DNA of 64,000 nucleotides from a virus: IMG/VR virus record IMGVR_UViG_3300027861_000016, positions 1 to 64,000 of that record; one strand, 5' to 3'. Shown piece by piece: positions 11,201 to 21,100 of this stretch (position 1 is its first letter; each line of letters starts with the position of its first letter). The notes under the pieces were generated by a model. It saw only the letters and a program-made list of their open reading frames with translations, ran no database searches and was not told where the DNA came from. The position numbers and the translations under genes were made by a program.

Positions 11201-14200
11201 GGTACTTCTGTATAAGTCATAATCATATCACCATAAGATTTAGGTAATACTCCTACTATTTCTAATGAATCAATAGATGAGAAACCTTGATTGGGAATAC
11301 GATAACCAATTAATCCTTCTAAGTTCTCTTTACCTATAACTTCTAATAGTTCTCTACCAGACATATTCTCATGTCCTGGAATACTCTTTAATATATTATG
11401 TGGTAAGAATACTTGTCCAGGAAGTGTAGCACTTTCATCTCCATCTTTCCCATTCCACCTTGGTCCTTTTAATTCAGGATCATTACTAAAGTATTTAATA
11501 CCATTTGGATCATTTAGATTCATTAAGTCAGTATCATCTAACTTTAATATCTTATTTAGATCATCCCTCTCTTGTTGTAATTTATCTATCTTCCCCTGTA
11601 CCTTTTCAATCCTATCTGTATTGTCTACTTTACCTTTAGATGTAAACTCTTTAAATCCTTGTATATCTTTTTTAGATCCTAACACATGTACTTGATCTGG
11701 GCTTTTTACAGCTATAAGTCCGGGACCGTCAAAGTATTCAATATGTTCTTTAAATGTATCTTTTACTAAATTACCTTTTGCTGAAGCAGCTTTCCAAAAA
11801 CTATCCTTCCCATCTTTTATAGGTTTTCCTGCTAACGCATTTTCTCTTTTTGTTTCTGGAACAAAATCTTTTACATTTAATATTGCAGAAATTACTTCCT
11901 CCCCGTAATCTAACGCACCTCCGGCGACAGCTTCAGGACTAGTAGTAAAAAATAAACCTTCAGCAATACCCCCTTCAACCTCTTCTTCTATCCATTTATT
12001 TTTATTTTCAAGATTGTCACTAAAACCAGAAGACATTATCTGATCTATATTCTCTTTAGTAGTCCCATGATAAACAATTTCTTGATGTTTACTCTCAGGA
12101 AATACAGTCTCTATGTATTTAGAATACTCCTCTTCACTCCCTATCTCTGCTAATTCAGGATTTTCTTTGAATACAGTCTGTACATCTTCTTTAACTTCAA
12201 CTGTTTCTTCTTGTTTAATCTCAGCCTCTTCAAATACTTTAGTACCTTTTACTCTTTTTATCTCAGCTAACATATTATCACTAAATCCTATATTAGTAGG
12301 AATAAGTCTACTTCCAAAAGCATTAGCTAGTTCATTTAGAGATTTCTTATTAGCATTTTTATCTGTATTATAAGGAACTATAAATCTCTTAGAAGGATTT
12401 TCTCTAGCAACATTATATAATTTTTCTATATTACTTCCTAGTTCTATATAATCTAAAGGTTGTCCAGGCTTTTCTACAGTTACTAACCCATATCCAGTAC
12501 CCTTGTTACCTTCCATTAGACCAGTCTTCCCTGCTATTGCAAAGTCACCTACTTTATTTGCTTTAGTGTCCGCCGGTAAGTTTATATCTTTCCAATTTTT
12601 ATAGTGTCTTGTATCATTTGTATAAGCTAATCCTGCTGTACCATACCCGTGAAAACCTCCTTTATTAGCACCAAAGACCATTACATCATTCTCATCAAAC
12701 ATTTCTTGAGATACATTTCCTGTAAAAGCAGGTTCAAGATTTGAATATTCTTGTTTAACTCCTTCTTGTTTAGTTGGTGTTTCCTGTGGTTTAGATAAGA
12801 CTTTTTCAATAATTATATCTTTTAATCTATCCTCAATTTGTTTTACTCTATCCTCTTGTTTTTTTCTAACATTTATAATTTCATTGAATTTTTTATTTAT
12901 TTCTGGCATTTTTGCAGCAGGGTGATCTTCTAAATAAGTATCTTTAAAATCCCAGATATTAAAAGGAGGACTATAATCAGGCATATCGTATAGTTTCTTC
13001 TTCTCCTCTTCATATATTTCATATTTATCTTTAACACCTTCAACTATACTTGTTGTATTTTCTTTGCCAATTATATCATTAAGTTCTAATGAGAAACCTG
13101 GTTTTTGTTTCCAAATGTCCAACTTCTTTTTTAATGATGGTAGGTCTTGTTTAATTGGTGTTTCTTGTACTTCTTTTATAGGTTTAGTTCCCTCTATTAT
13201 ATTAAAGTTTTTAGTAGGATTTGTATTTTTACTACTTACAATTAATGTATTATTTTTAGCTCTTGTAATAGCTGTATACATTGATTGCGACTTCTGTTTA
13301 TTACTAATAGGACCTACAGACATTATATCATCCTCCATAACAGCAACAGTGTTATAGGTAGAGCCTTGTGACTTATGAGAAGTAATAGCATACGCATAGT
13401 CTAAGTTGGCAAACATATTTTTAACTCTCCAAGCTTCTTCAAAGAGTTCACCTTTGTTTCGTCTATTGGGTTCCACTCTTGCCTTATTAAACAATGAAGA
13501 TACTAAAGCACCATGTTTAGCTTTAGATTTCGAATCTAACATTTCTACTCTTATAGGAGGGTTATCTGCTTCAGGACTTTCTACATAAAAAACAAACCCA
13601 GAAAAAGATTTATCTTGTACAGTAAATGTTGATTCTTCTACCTCTGAAGGTACTTGTATCTCATCTGAGTTATTAAATTCCTCATAAGAATCAGAAAACA
13701 TAAGTAATTCTCCTGGTTCTACTTCCTTTCCTCCTTTGAAGAGTTTAGAATGCATGTATTTATTTATGTCTTTTCTTGTTACATTCTTATATGCTACTAT
13801 TTTAGCTCTATTAGGTTCATAATTTTTTATAGCTAAAGCAAATTCACTTTCTAGTTTTTTAGCCATTGTTGTCGAATCTGTAAATACTAAATTACCTTCT
13901 TCATTTAATATTGATTCTCGGTTAGTACTATTTGGATCCAGTTCGGGATTAGTAGATTGTGTATTATCCCAATATAAGTCAGCAAAAGGTAATATAGGAC
14001 TTGCTTCTCCTTGTCTAATTCTAGTTAATAATTTGGTATTGTCTTTTGTATCAAATACTTTAGAATCCTTATTAGCCTCGTCACTATCCAGTTTTCTTAT
14101 AGGAGGTAATTGTCCTATATCTCCTAAGAATATTAAAGGTGTTCCTGACTGTTTTAACTGTTGAATGTTTTCTAAAGCTTCTTCATTAATCATTGACGCT

Positions 14201-15099
14201 TCGTCAATGATAATAATATCAGCATCTGATACAGGAGGAGGAAGTTGAGAAGAACCTGCAATAAACTCACCAGTTTCAAGATTCATCTTCATACCGAGAA
14301 GAGAAGCAAGAGTGTTGAAATTCACATTATTAGGAACAGCATCTTCTTCTTTTATAGAAGTTTCAATAACTCCTTTAGCTTTATGTGAAAGAGCTGCAAT
14401 ATTTATTTGCTTACCTGGAAACTGTTCGATAATCTTTTTAACAATACTAGTCTTACCTGTACCTGCTTTTCCTTCTAATGTAAACCATCCTTTTCCATCA
14501 TTCTTCTCGATAAAGTCTGTAACTTTATCTACAGCTATTTGTTGTTCAGCAGTGGGTTTGAATGATGTCACTTTATAGTTCGAGGAGTCAGTAAGTTTTT
14601 TACGTTCCTCCTGTGTCTCAACTTCTTCTTTAAGTATCCCACTTTCAGGTTTTAAATTTTCTGTTCCCGATAAACCCTTTATTTCATAATAAGGATTTGC
14701 TGTAATCAACTTGCCTGTATTAGTTCTTAATTCAATATCTACATATCTGTAAAGAATCCCCCTCTCTTCAGAGGTCATAACGGTTTCTAGATTACCAGTA
14801 ACAACAGCTTTAAAAGATTCTTTATATTTATCATATTTTACTGTTACAGTCTTACCTTTATTTTCTTTGGCTAAATCTTCAAAAGTAAACTCTTTTGTTT
14901 CTTCTTTAGTATCTTCAGCAACTTCTTCAGGTACACTTTCTAACTCATTTAACTCTTCTTGTAATTTACTTATCTTCTCATCTATAGCTTCTATTTTAGA
15001 ATTTCCTGTATTTAGATCATCTAATATAGCTTCTTTTAATTTAGGATCATCAATATTTTCATATCTTACTCCTTTATATACTGGATTACATTTTGCCAT
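8251..15099 (-). CDS. Virion RNA polymerase, catalytic (beta'-like) half, fused behind Dda/RecD2-like SF1B helicase, A1S_2505-like and ADP-ribosyltransferase-like domains
   Basis: 2282 aa; 'YRIPNQG...KTGSDFDVDK' crAss vRNAP motif (DFDVD at 11170-11184) and 'AYVDNAKDP'; helicase motifs GKAGTGKT, DEASM, GDIGQLPP, RIRQ, ITSHKSQGSTY, YTAITRA; 'VFGANKGGFHGYGTA'; 'VYHGT...LFFTTS'. Confidence 0.88.
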   Translation of the reverse strand: MAKCNPVYKGVRYENIDDPKLKEAILDDLNTGNSKIEAIDEKISKLQEELNELESVPEEVAEDTKEETKEFTFEDLAKENKGKTVTVKYDKYKESFKAVVTGNLETVMTSEERGILYRYVDIELRTNTGKLITANPYYEIKGLSGTENLKPESGILKEEVETQEERKKLTDSSNYKVTSFKPTAEQQIAVDKVTDFIEKNDGKGWFTLEGKAGTGKTSIVKKIIEQFPGKQINIAALSHKAKGVIETSIKEEDAVPNNVNFNTLASLLGMKMNLETGEFIAGSSQLPPPVSDADIIIIDEASMINEEALENIQQLKQSGTPLIFLGDIGQLPPIRKLDSDEANKDSKVFDTKDNTKLLTRIRQGEASPILPFADLYWDNTQSTNPELDPNSTNRESILNEEGNLVFTDSTTMAKKLESEFALAIKNYEPNRAKIVAYKNVTRKDINKYMHSKLFKGGKEVEPGELLMFSDSYEEFNNSDEIQVPSEVEESTFTVQDKSFSGFVFYVESPEADNPPIRVEMLDSKSKAKHGALVSSLFNKARVEPNRRNKGELFEEAWRVKNMFANLDYAYAITSHKSQGSTYNTVAVMEDDIMSVGPISNKQKSQSMYTAITRAKNNTLIVSSKNTNPTKNFNIIEGTKPIKEVQETPIKQDLPSLKKKLDIWKQKPGFSLELNDIIGKENTTSIVEGVKDKYEIYEEEKKKLYDMPDYSPPFNIWDFKDTYLEDHPAAKMPEINKKFNEIINVRKKQEDRVKQIEDRLKDIIIEKVLSKPQETPTKQEGVKQEYSNLEPAFTGNVSQEMFDENDVMVFGANKGGFHGYGTAGLAYTNDTRHYKNWKDINLPADTKANKVGDFAIAGKTGLMEGNKGTGYGLVTVEKPGQPLDYIELGSNIEKLYNVARENPSKRFIVPYNTDKNANKKSLNELANAFGSRLIPTNIGFSDNMLAEIKRVKGTKVFEEAEIKQEETVEVKEDVQTVFKENPELAEIGSEEEYSKYIETVFPESKHQEIVYHGTTKENIDQIMSSGFSDNLENKNKWIEEEVEGGIAEGLFFTTSPEAVAGGALDYGEEVISAILNVKDFVPETKRENALAGKPIKDGKDSFWKAASAKGNLVKDTFKEHIEYFDGPGLIAVKSPDQVHVLGSKKDIQGFKEFTSKGKVDNTDRIEKVQGKIDKLQQERDDLNKILKLDDTDLMNLNDPNGIKYFSNDPELKGPRWNGKDGDESATLPGQVFLPHNILKSIPGHENMSGRELLEVIGKENLEGLIGYRIPNQGFSSIDSLEIVGVLPKSYGDMIMTYTEVPAKTGSDFDVDKMFVMMPNLKYNKKTGKVEMTQFDNDTSEKGTQKRYNKYVNKYTSKKYGKELDAMLKEDHVEDWKIVQENIKILNDLTEMNKDVTEDERYQRVLNDIIEIRTSKLKWSTIFEEKKKEVIASGEVDSLDTYSKQTIYEQNSKEAVQNRLLELYNSIMTSDATHSEAVSSLDADYLKEDAYVTSYIATMKGKPEQHKEFLNLPYEEQVKKATSELRKTSDAEFYDPMHQFKVKRQNAAGKTGTGQMSNHLVHHVYGQQSKLGVRQDLGLGAVTDLSQIYTLDGTQKINQVLSAYLNAYVDNAKDPYIAMINNNAYTANTVAYLLRAGVSYKQVNSIMSQPIIKRLVQNHNLSQSKLTKSEFKKRSVLSIGLETVDVKEKNTTNTAITDTIEFMTQQMLNDPNPSEGELKNTMSLTANNTVGINELSMVKLDNALTRPRDYDFYTEQLSILNFFLRAREGAKVLSNTMKVTKADTNGAYGSFIEQLGVEELHRKLVDEGNVENLDKLFANTSSGAYTKNTLHLSNAIYGDKMLYKTEGFREVLRGVYQSVGEDPNYLVNDDINQKVANDYYRYISSATPLFQISDTKRKDLFEKLPTRLKEAKKKYTDNVFIQDLYTTFDRSKGMNFIKIDASKIADVDANDLLTRAWLHALEADDSDLKELATDLVTYSFFSSGFKKSRTSFFELIPMSWFDKNEQTDFTNTYNETIGSLKESVGPDNKFMKQLAQHNPLERKIVKSLSSKVKNKLISKPGQNLERIIMEKDIPTNYKANSVEGKDAQYVQFISAKVRENENSTVVTPYLYQFKGVDTSEKHGKGFGIIYERIPILGYSEKGNNMVEYNYRYSPNSIVNKGGKVVNDKVQEADAYVPPTSLDIVETIPTQGVKFTPNDSFKSIYDGGNTFSYEGIDAEFGFSKTTNGGLKAYVKKVNGKEIEIGLPAEVVGSFDTKEILLEDVTTYLNEQVGKTWLEHILNTHC

Positions 15100-15117
15100 T
15101 TTACATATTTAAAATTA

Positions 15118-15144
15118 GTACTAGCACTCTATGAATGCTAGTAC
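15118..15144 (-). terminator. Stable hairpin between the two RNAP half-genes
   Basis: Minus strand GTACTAGCATTC-ATA-GAGTGCTAGTAC (12-bp stem, one G-U) followed by TAATTTT. Confidence 0.5.
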
Positions 15145-15164
15145 GTGATTATTATTTACAAGGT

Positions 15165-18100
15165 TTATTCTCCACACTTATTATTATCTTCATCTAACAT
15201 TTGTATAAGTCCTGATGATAATGCTTTTGAAATATCTATATCTTCTTTAGACAATTGTTTCAGAGATTTCATACCAGCATTAGACATTTGAATGAATGCT
15301 CCGCCAGGCATCTTAAACTTAACAGTTGATTTAGTAATAGCTGCTAATAGTTTAGATTCTATTTTATCTCTAATTTGGAATATAGCATCTAATGGAATAT
15401 TATTCTCTAGAGCATAAATAGTATTTATAGATTCACTATCAGCAATTGCTTCTTCTAATAAACTATCATAGATTGGTTGAAGACTCTCTGGTACATTTAA
15501 TCTTCCATCTACATCTTGAGTTATTCCATATTGTTTAAGTAGTTTATTTCTTCCTATATCTGATAAAGCAGATTCAGTTTCTAATACTTGTCTTTGTATT
15601 TCTCTACCATCAACCATCTTACCATCTAAAGAATAAACATCTTCATCTAAAGCAATGTTAGCTAATATATTCTTCTTAACCTGTGAACCTGCTAATGATT
15701 CTCCTTTCTTATCATATTTAGATGGATTATCTACTTGTAGTTTCCAATTGAAGTTACTAAGAGTAATTGGTTTAAGATGTCCTTTAACAGTTTCTCCACT
15801 TGCTATAGATTCAAAAGAGGACTTCTCAGTAGCTCCTAACTTCATTGCAGATTCAAATAGTAATTCATCTACATTATCTACTTCCATTTGTTTAAGAACA
15901 TTCTCTAATTGAGTATCCTTAACTAATCTAGGATGTAATACTGCTTGAGAATACTTTAGGAATGATGGAATACCTCTACCATTCTCATCCTGTCTTACTT
16001 CAAAATGTGTTCCTTTCAATGCTTGAAGTTTAAGTATATTACTATAATCAACTTCTACATTAGGATCTAACATCTTTTGATAAGTAGCTTCATGTTCTGG
16101 AGTCCAGTTTCCTAATCCATTTTGTATCTCTCTAAATCTAGCTAAAGTAATATAACATTGAGCATCTCCTTGATTGATTTCTTCATAAGGTTTCAATTGT
16201 TCTTTAGCTTCTTTCTTAGCTTGTTTATCACTTAATTTAGGATTAGCTGCTTTCTTATCTTTAATAAGTTTAGCTAAGTTTCTATCATAGAACTCTTTAG
16301 CTGCTCCTGTCTTCAAATCATTTAGAACTGCAACATTATATGTACGTTTTACTCTCTCGCCATCAACTCTTAATTGTTGACCATCTGAACCTAAAGCTTG
16401 AATACGTTTAGAAACATCTGAATAGAATGCTGGATCACCTCCAAAGATAAACATAGTTTCTACATTAGCAGTCCAACCCATGAACCAATAGTCAGCTAAT
16501 AATTCATTCATGTTATTATGAATAGCAGCTTGAGATGTAAAGTTAGTCAATTCTTTATCTAATCCTTGTATTTTTCTACCTCTATCTATAAGAATACCTT
16601 CACCAGCTAAGAATGTTTTCTGTTCTTTTAATCTCTTTTCAACTAGTTCTTTCATGTAATTAACTAGTACTTCATTCTCTTGTAAGTCTTTAAGGTCAAG
16701 TAAATGAACCTTACCTTTCCCCATGTCACCATACAAGTCTAATTCATTAGCTAAATCAGTTCCATAAGATAAAGAACCAAAGAATGCTGATTTTAAATCA
16801 CCTCCATTTATCTCATCTTTAAATTTAGTAACATCTTTGCCATCCCTGTCTTTAACAACTTTAGTTCCAGAAGAAGCTACTGATACAATCCTTTCATATT
16901 CTCCATAGAAGTATTGAATCATCTGATCTGTTACAGTCTTTGTTATTTGATAACCTGTACCATCAAACTTAATACCTGATCTAAACTTAGCTGCTGGATC
17001 TTTTGATTGATCATTATATGTCAAATATCTAACTGTAGGTTTATCACCAAATGTTAGTATAGGAAAGTTAGCTGATAATGTAGCACCTATTCTTTCAACA
17101 ACATCATCTTGTGATACTAAGTTAGCAGATTTAGATCCACTGTCAGGTAGATTACCTCCTTCAACTTTATTTGTACTATGTGTAGTAATACTATAGTTCT
17201 CAATACCACGTCCTTTATTCTTACCCATGTCTTGTAACATGAAAGAATGTCTATGGAACATTTGGTTAACATGTTTTGTAAAAGCAGAATCACTTCTTTT
17301 CCACAATGCAAGTGTTTTATCCATTTGTGTATATTGACCTAAAGTAGAATACTTATTACCTTCTGGTCCTAATATCATACTATCACCTTGTACGTTAGAA
17401 CTATAACTAGCTATTCTAGATAAGGCTTGTATTAAATAACTTCCACCATTAACATCTCCTAAAGGATTCTTTCCATTATAATTCCAAGTAAATCCCTCTT
17501 CTAACATAGAAGATATAGAAATAGGTGTGTTCTTATTACCTAAGAATAGCTTACTCATTTCATACATTCCAGTTTTAATAGTTTTCTTCTTAGCTGTAAG
17601 CTCTAAGAAGTAATTCTCTATTTGTGGAATAGTTAAAGGAATACCTAAATCAGTAAATGCTTTAGATAGTACTTCAGAATCTTCTCTTCTAACTCTCTTT
17701 TCTTCACGCTTTACTGCTGCTTGTAATATAGGAGTTACTTCTTCTATAACTCTAGAGATTGTATTTAGTTTACTTGGTTTTGTATAAGCATCTTCTTCAG
17801 TTAGGAAACTCTCAGTAAAGTTAGTTGTCCATTCCTTTTCTATTATCTTTTCGGAACCTTGAGAAGAAGCATTTACAACCTTCAAATCTACATCACCATT
17901 CTCACTCATATAGCTAATGAAAGCACGATAGTCTACATTAGTTACACTAAAAGCATTTACAAACTGAGTTCTTTGGAATTCTTCAGCTCCTTTTAATCTT
18001 TTAAGTACTTCTGTTAAATAACTGTATTCGTCTATAGTAGCTTTTTCTTCTATAGCTTTATACATCTCAAGATATACATCTCCTTCGCTTACAATTCCTG

Positions 18101-21100
18101 CTGTAGCTCGAGCAACATCTATCCATGTTTTACCTGCTGGGTAGAATGATCGCCCACCTATAGAGTTATTCTCTGCATTTTTATCAGGAATAAATCCTAA
18201 CATCAATTTAACATTACCTGTAGCATTGTCTTTAGCAGCATATTCTAATGAACTCTTAGAATATATCTGTTCTCCAGTTACATCATAGTCTTCGTAGTTC
18301 CTTCTTCTAGCATCCTCTTCAGTATAATCTTTCTTCTTAGATTCTACAATGTCTAAAGATATAAGATTATTCTTAGCCATAGCTGCATAAGTATCGAAGT
18401 CTTTGATAAGTTGATAATAGATTGTAGCTAGATCTTTATTTTTGTTGACTTGTTCTTTATATTGTTTAACAATTTGTAATTTAGCATATTTAAGTCCTAT
18501 GTTAAAAGATGAATTCTTCAGTCGTCCCCTATCAAAATCTACAGCTCCCATTTTATTAGCAGCATGATAAGTAATAGTATTAACAGCATCTCTAACATTC
18601 ATTGTACTTAGCGTAGTCTCTGAGAATAACTCTACATCACTCATGTTTGTAGGTTTATAATCAAATTGACCTCTTCTAAGTCTAGAGAATGTTTGATGTT
18701 TAGAGTTTCTAAATAGATCAATGAAGTCCATAATAGCATCATATAACCATTTCATCCATCCAGTTACTTTGACTTCTCTATTAGAGAACATGTACTGTCT
18801 TAATTCTTCTGCTATCTTCTCCTCTACTTTCTTATTATCTAAAGTACTGTTGTTATCCTTTCTCCACCTGTCATATATCTTAATTCTTTGTGCTTCAGTA
18901 AGATACATTTGACTAACAGCATGCCAAGCTTCGTGATATTGAGTACCTTTAGAAGCATTGCTAGATAAAGTAATCAATCCATTTCTAAAACTACCTTCTG
19001 CAAACCCTCCTCCAGGAACATTTAGTAACCCATTTACTACAGTTAAATTGGTATAAGGTAGACTTTTTTTTAACCAACTTTCAGCAGCAGGTATATTAAT
19101 AGAATCTAAATCAGTTTGCCCATTTACAGTTGAAAAACTAACATCTTCGTCATCACCTACTTCGTCTTCTAGTTCTTTTAATAAGTCATCAAACTCATTT
19201 TCATCTAATTCTGGTACTTCTTTAACAGGTGGCTCTAAAGTGGCTAGTTCCTTCTCGGCTTTTGTTAAATCTTTTATACCTTGTGTTCTAGCAGAAGTAC
19301 TTTCTGTAGTTTCTAAAAAGCTGTTTAATGAGCTTATTTTACTTTTTAATTCTTGTTTTCTGTCTATAGCTTTTTCTTTTACTATAGGTTTAGGGGTTTT
19401 TAACTCTAATAATTTAGCCTCATACTTAGCATTTATTTTAGCTATACCTTTGTCAACTGATAAATCATTGTATTCCTTAGAAGCTAGTACCTGTTCTACA
19501 GCAGCATCATACTCATCTCCATCATCGAAGAAATCTGGATCGGGCATCATACGGTCTTGAGCGAAATCTAGATCCGCCATATCAGCTTCACTATCCCCAC
19601 TTTCTTGTTTACCTATTTGGTATTCAGCTAATTCCTCTTTCCACTCTTCTCTAAGTTTAACCTCTTCCTTAGTTACTTTCTTCTTTTCTCCATATTTATT
19701 GGCAATCTCAATGGCTTCTTTAAGAGTTCTATATTCGCCAATAACACCTTCATCCTGATGTCTTATATCATAAGTACCATCTTCTCCTTTTATAATACTT
19801 GTATTGTCAGGAATATCATATACTTCCTCTTCCTTAGTCTCTACAACCTCCTTGACAAATTCTTTCTCTTTCTCAGTAATTACTTGATTTAATTCTGAAG
19901 TATTTACTTGTGACATTGCCGAGAACATAGCCGCAGGATCAAATGCTCCAGTCTCGTCAACTACTTTCTTAGCTACCTTTTCTTCTTCTGGTTTCTTTAA
20001 TTCCTCACTTGCCTCTGTATTATTATCAACAACAGGGGTAGCATCTTCCATTCTAATCTCAGAATATGTAGCTAAAGGGTTAACATATAATACATTACCT
20101 CTATATACTTCAGCATTTGTATATACAAAGTTCTGATCGAATATGAATTTATTATATTCATCATTTGGTGAATAGTCTGTACCAAAGAATGAGAATGTAT
20201 CTTTAATATTCTTATCTCTAAAGTTTTGATTGATAGAATATAATTGAGCAGTAGTAGGGAGATTCTGTAATAGTTCTATAATCTCTGCTTTGTTCTTACT
20301 AATATCTCCTTCAAATGTAGGAGTAGTAGATCCTTCAAAATATACACCTTTAGGTAAATCTACACCATCAATTGTTTTATCTACTGTATTTACCCAGAAT
20401 GGTGTTTTAGATTTATAAGTTGAACTAGAACCTTCAAATGCTACTAGATTAATTAACTGTAGATTAGTTAAACCTTCTACTTGCCCAGAGGGACTCTTAA
20501 AGGCTGTATTAGGCTTCTCATTCTTATCATTAGACATAATTGCCCTAGCTGCTTCATATACTTCATTAGCGATCTCCTTAGAGACTTTATTAGGGTTTAA
20601 TCTAATTAATCCTTTCTTCTTCTTACCATCTTGTTCTTCTGCTGAATCTAATGAAGCATAAGCAAATCCTGGAGTATTAACTCCCTGTCCTTCATGATCT
20701 GGATCAGTTACCCCTGGAGCAAGATTTAAGTTATGTTGTAAATCAGCAATTAAAACAGTTAAACCGTTCTCAGTGTCTTTGAAAGCTTCATATAAATTTA
20801 CATTTGTACCTTTCTTAATTCTTTTTAAATTCTCTTCTACACTAATTGTAGATAGTTTACCATTAACTACGCCATCTATTGTTGTCTCTGCTGTACCTCC
20901 TTGAGCTAAAGTTCTAATCATATTTATACGCTCAGTAACATACTGTTTAGCTGTACCTTTTTTTGAAGTTTTATGATAAGATTCTAGAGATTTACCATTA
21001 TAAAGTTCTTTAGTTCCATCTTTTTTATATGCGACCATCTTAATAGGAATACTACTAAAGTCTTCTATCTTTAAAGATGTTAATGCTACATCTCCTTCTC

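Noticed and set aside
15100-15167. Read-through or intron joining the two RNAP ORFs
   Set aside because: The 65-nt gap puts the ORFs out of frame and is too short for a self-splicing intron; the second ORF has its own A-rich leader and a Cys4 N-terminus like the next gene
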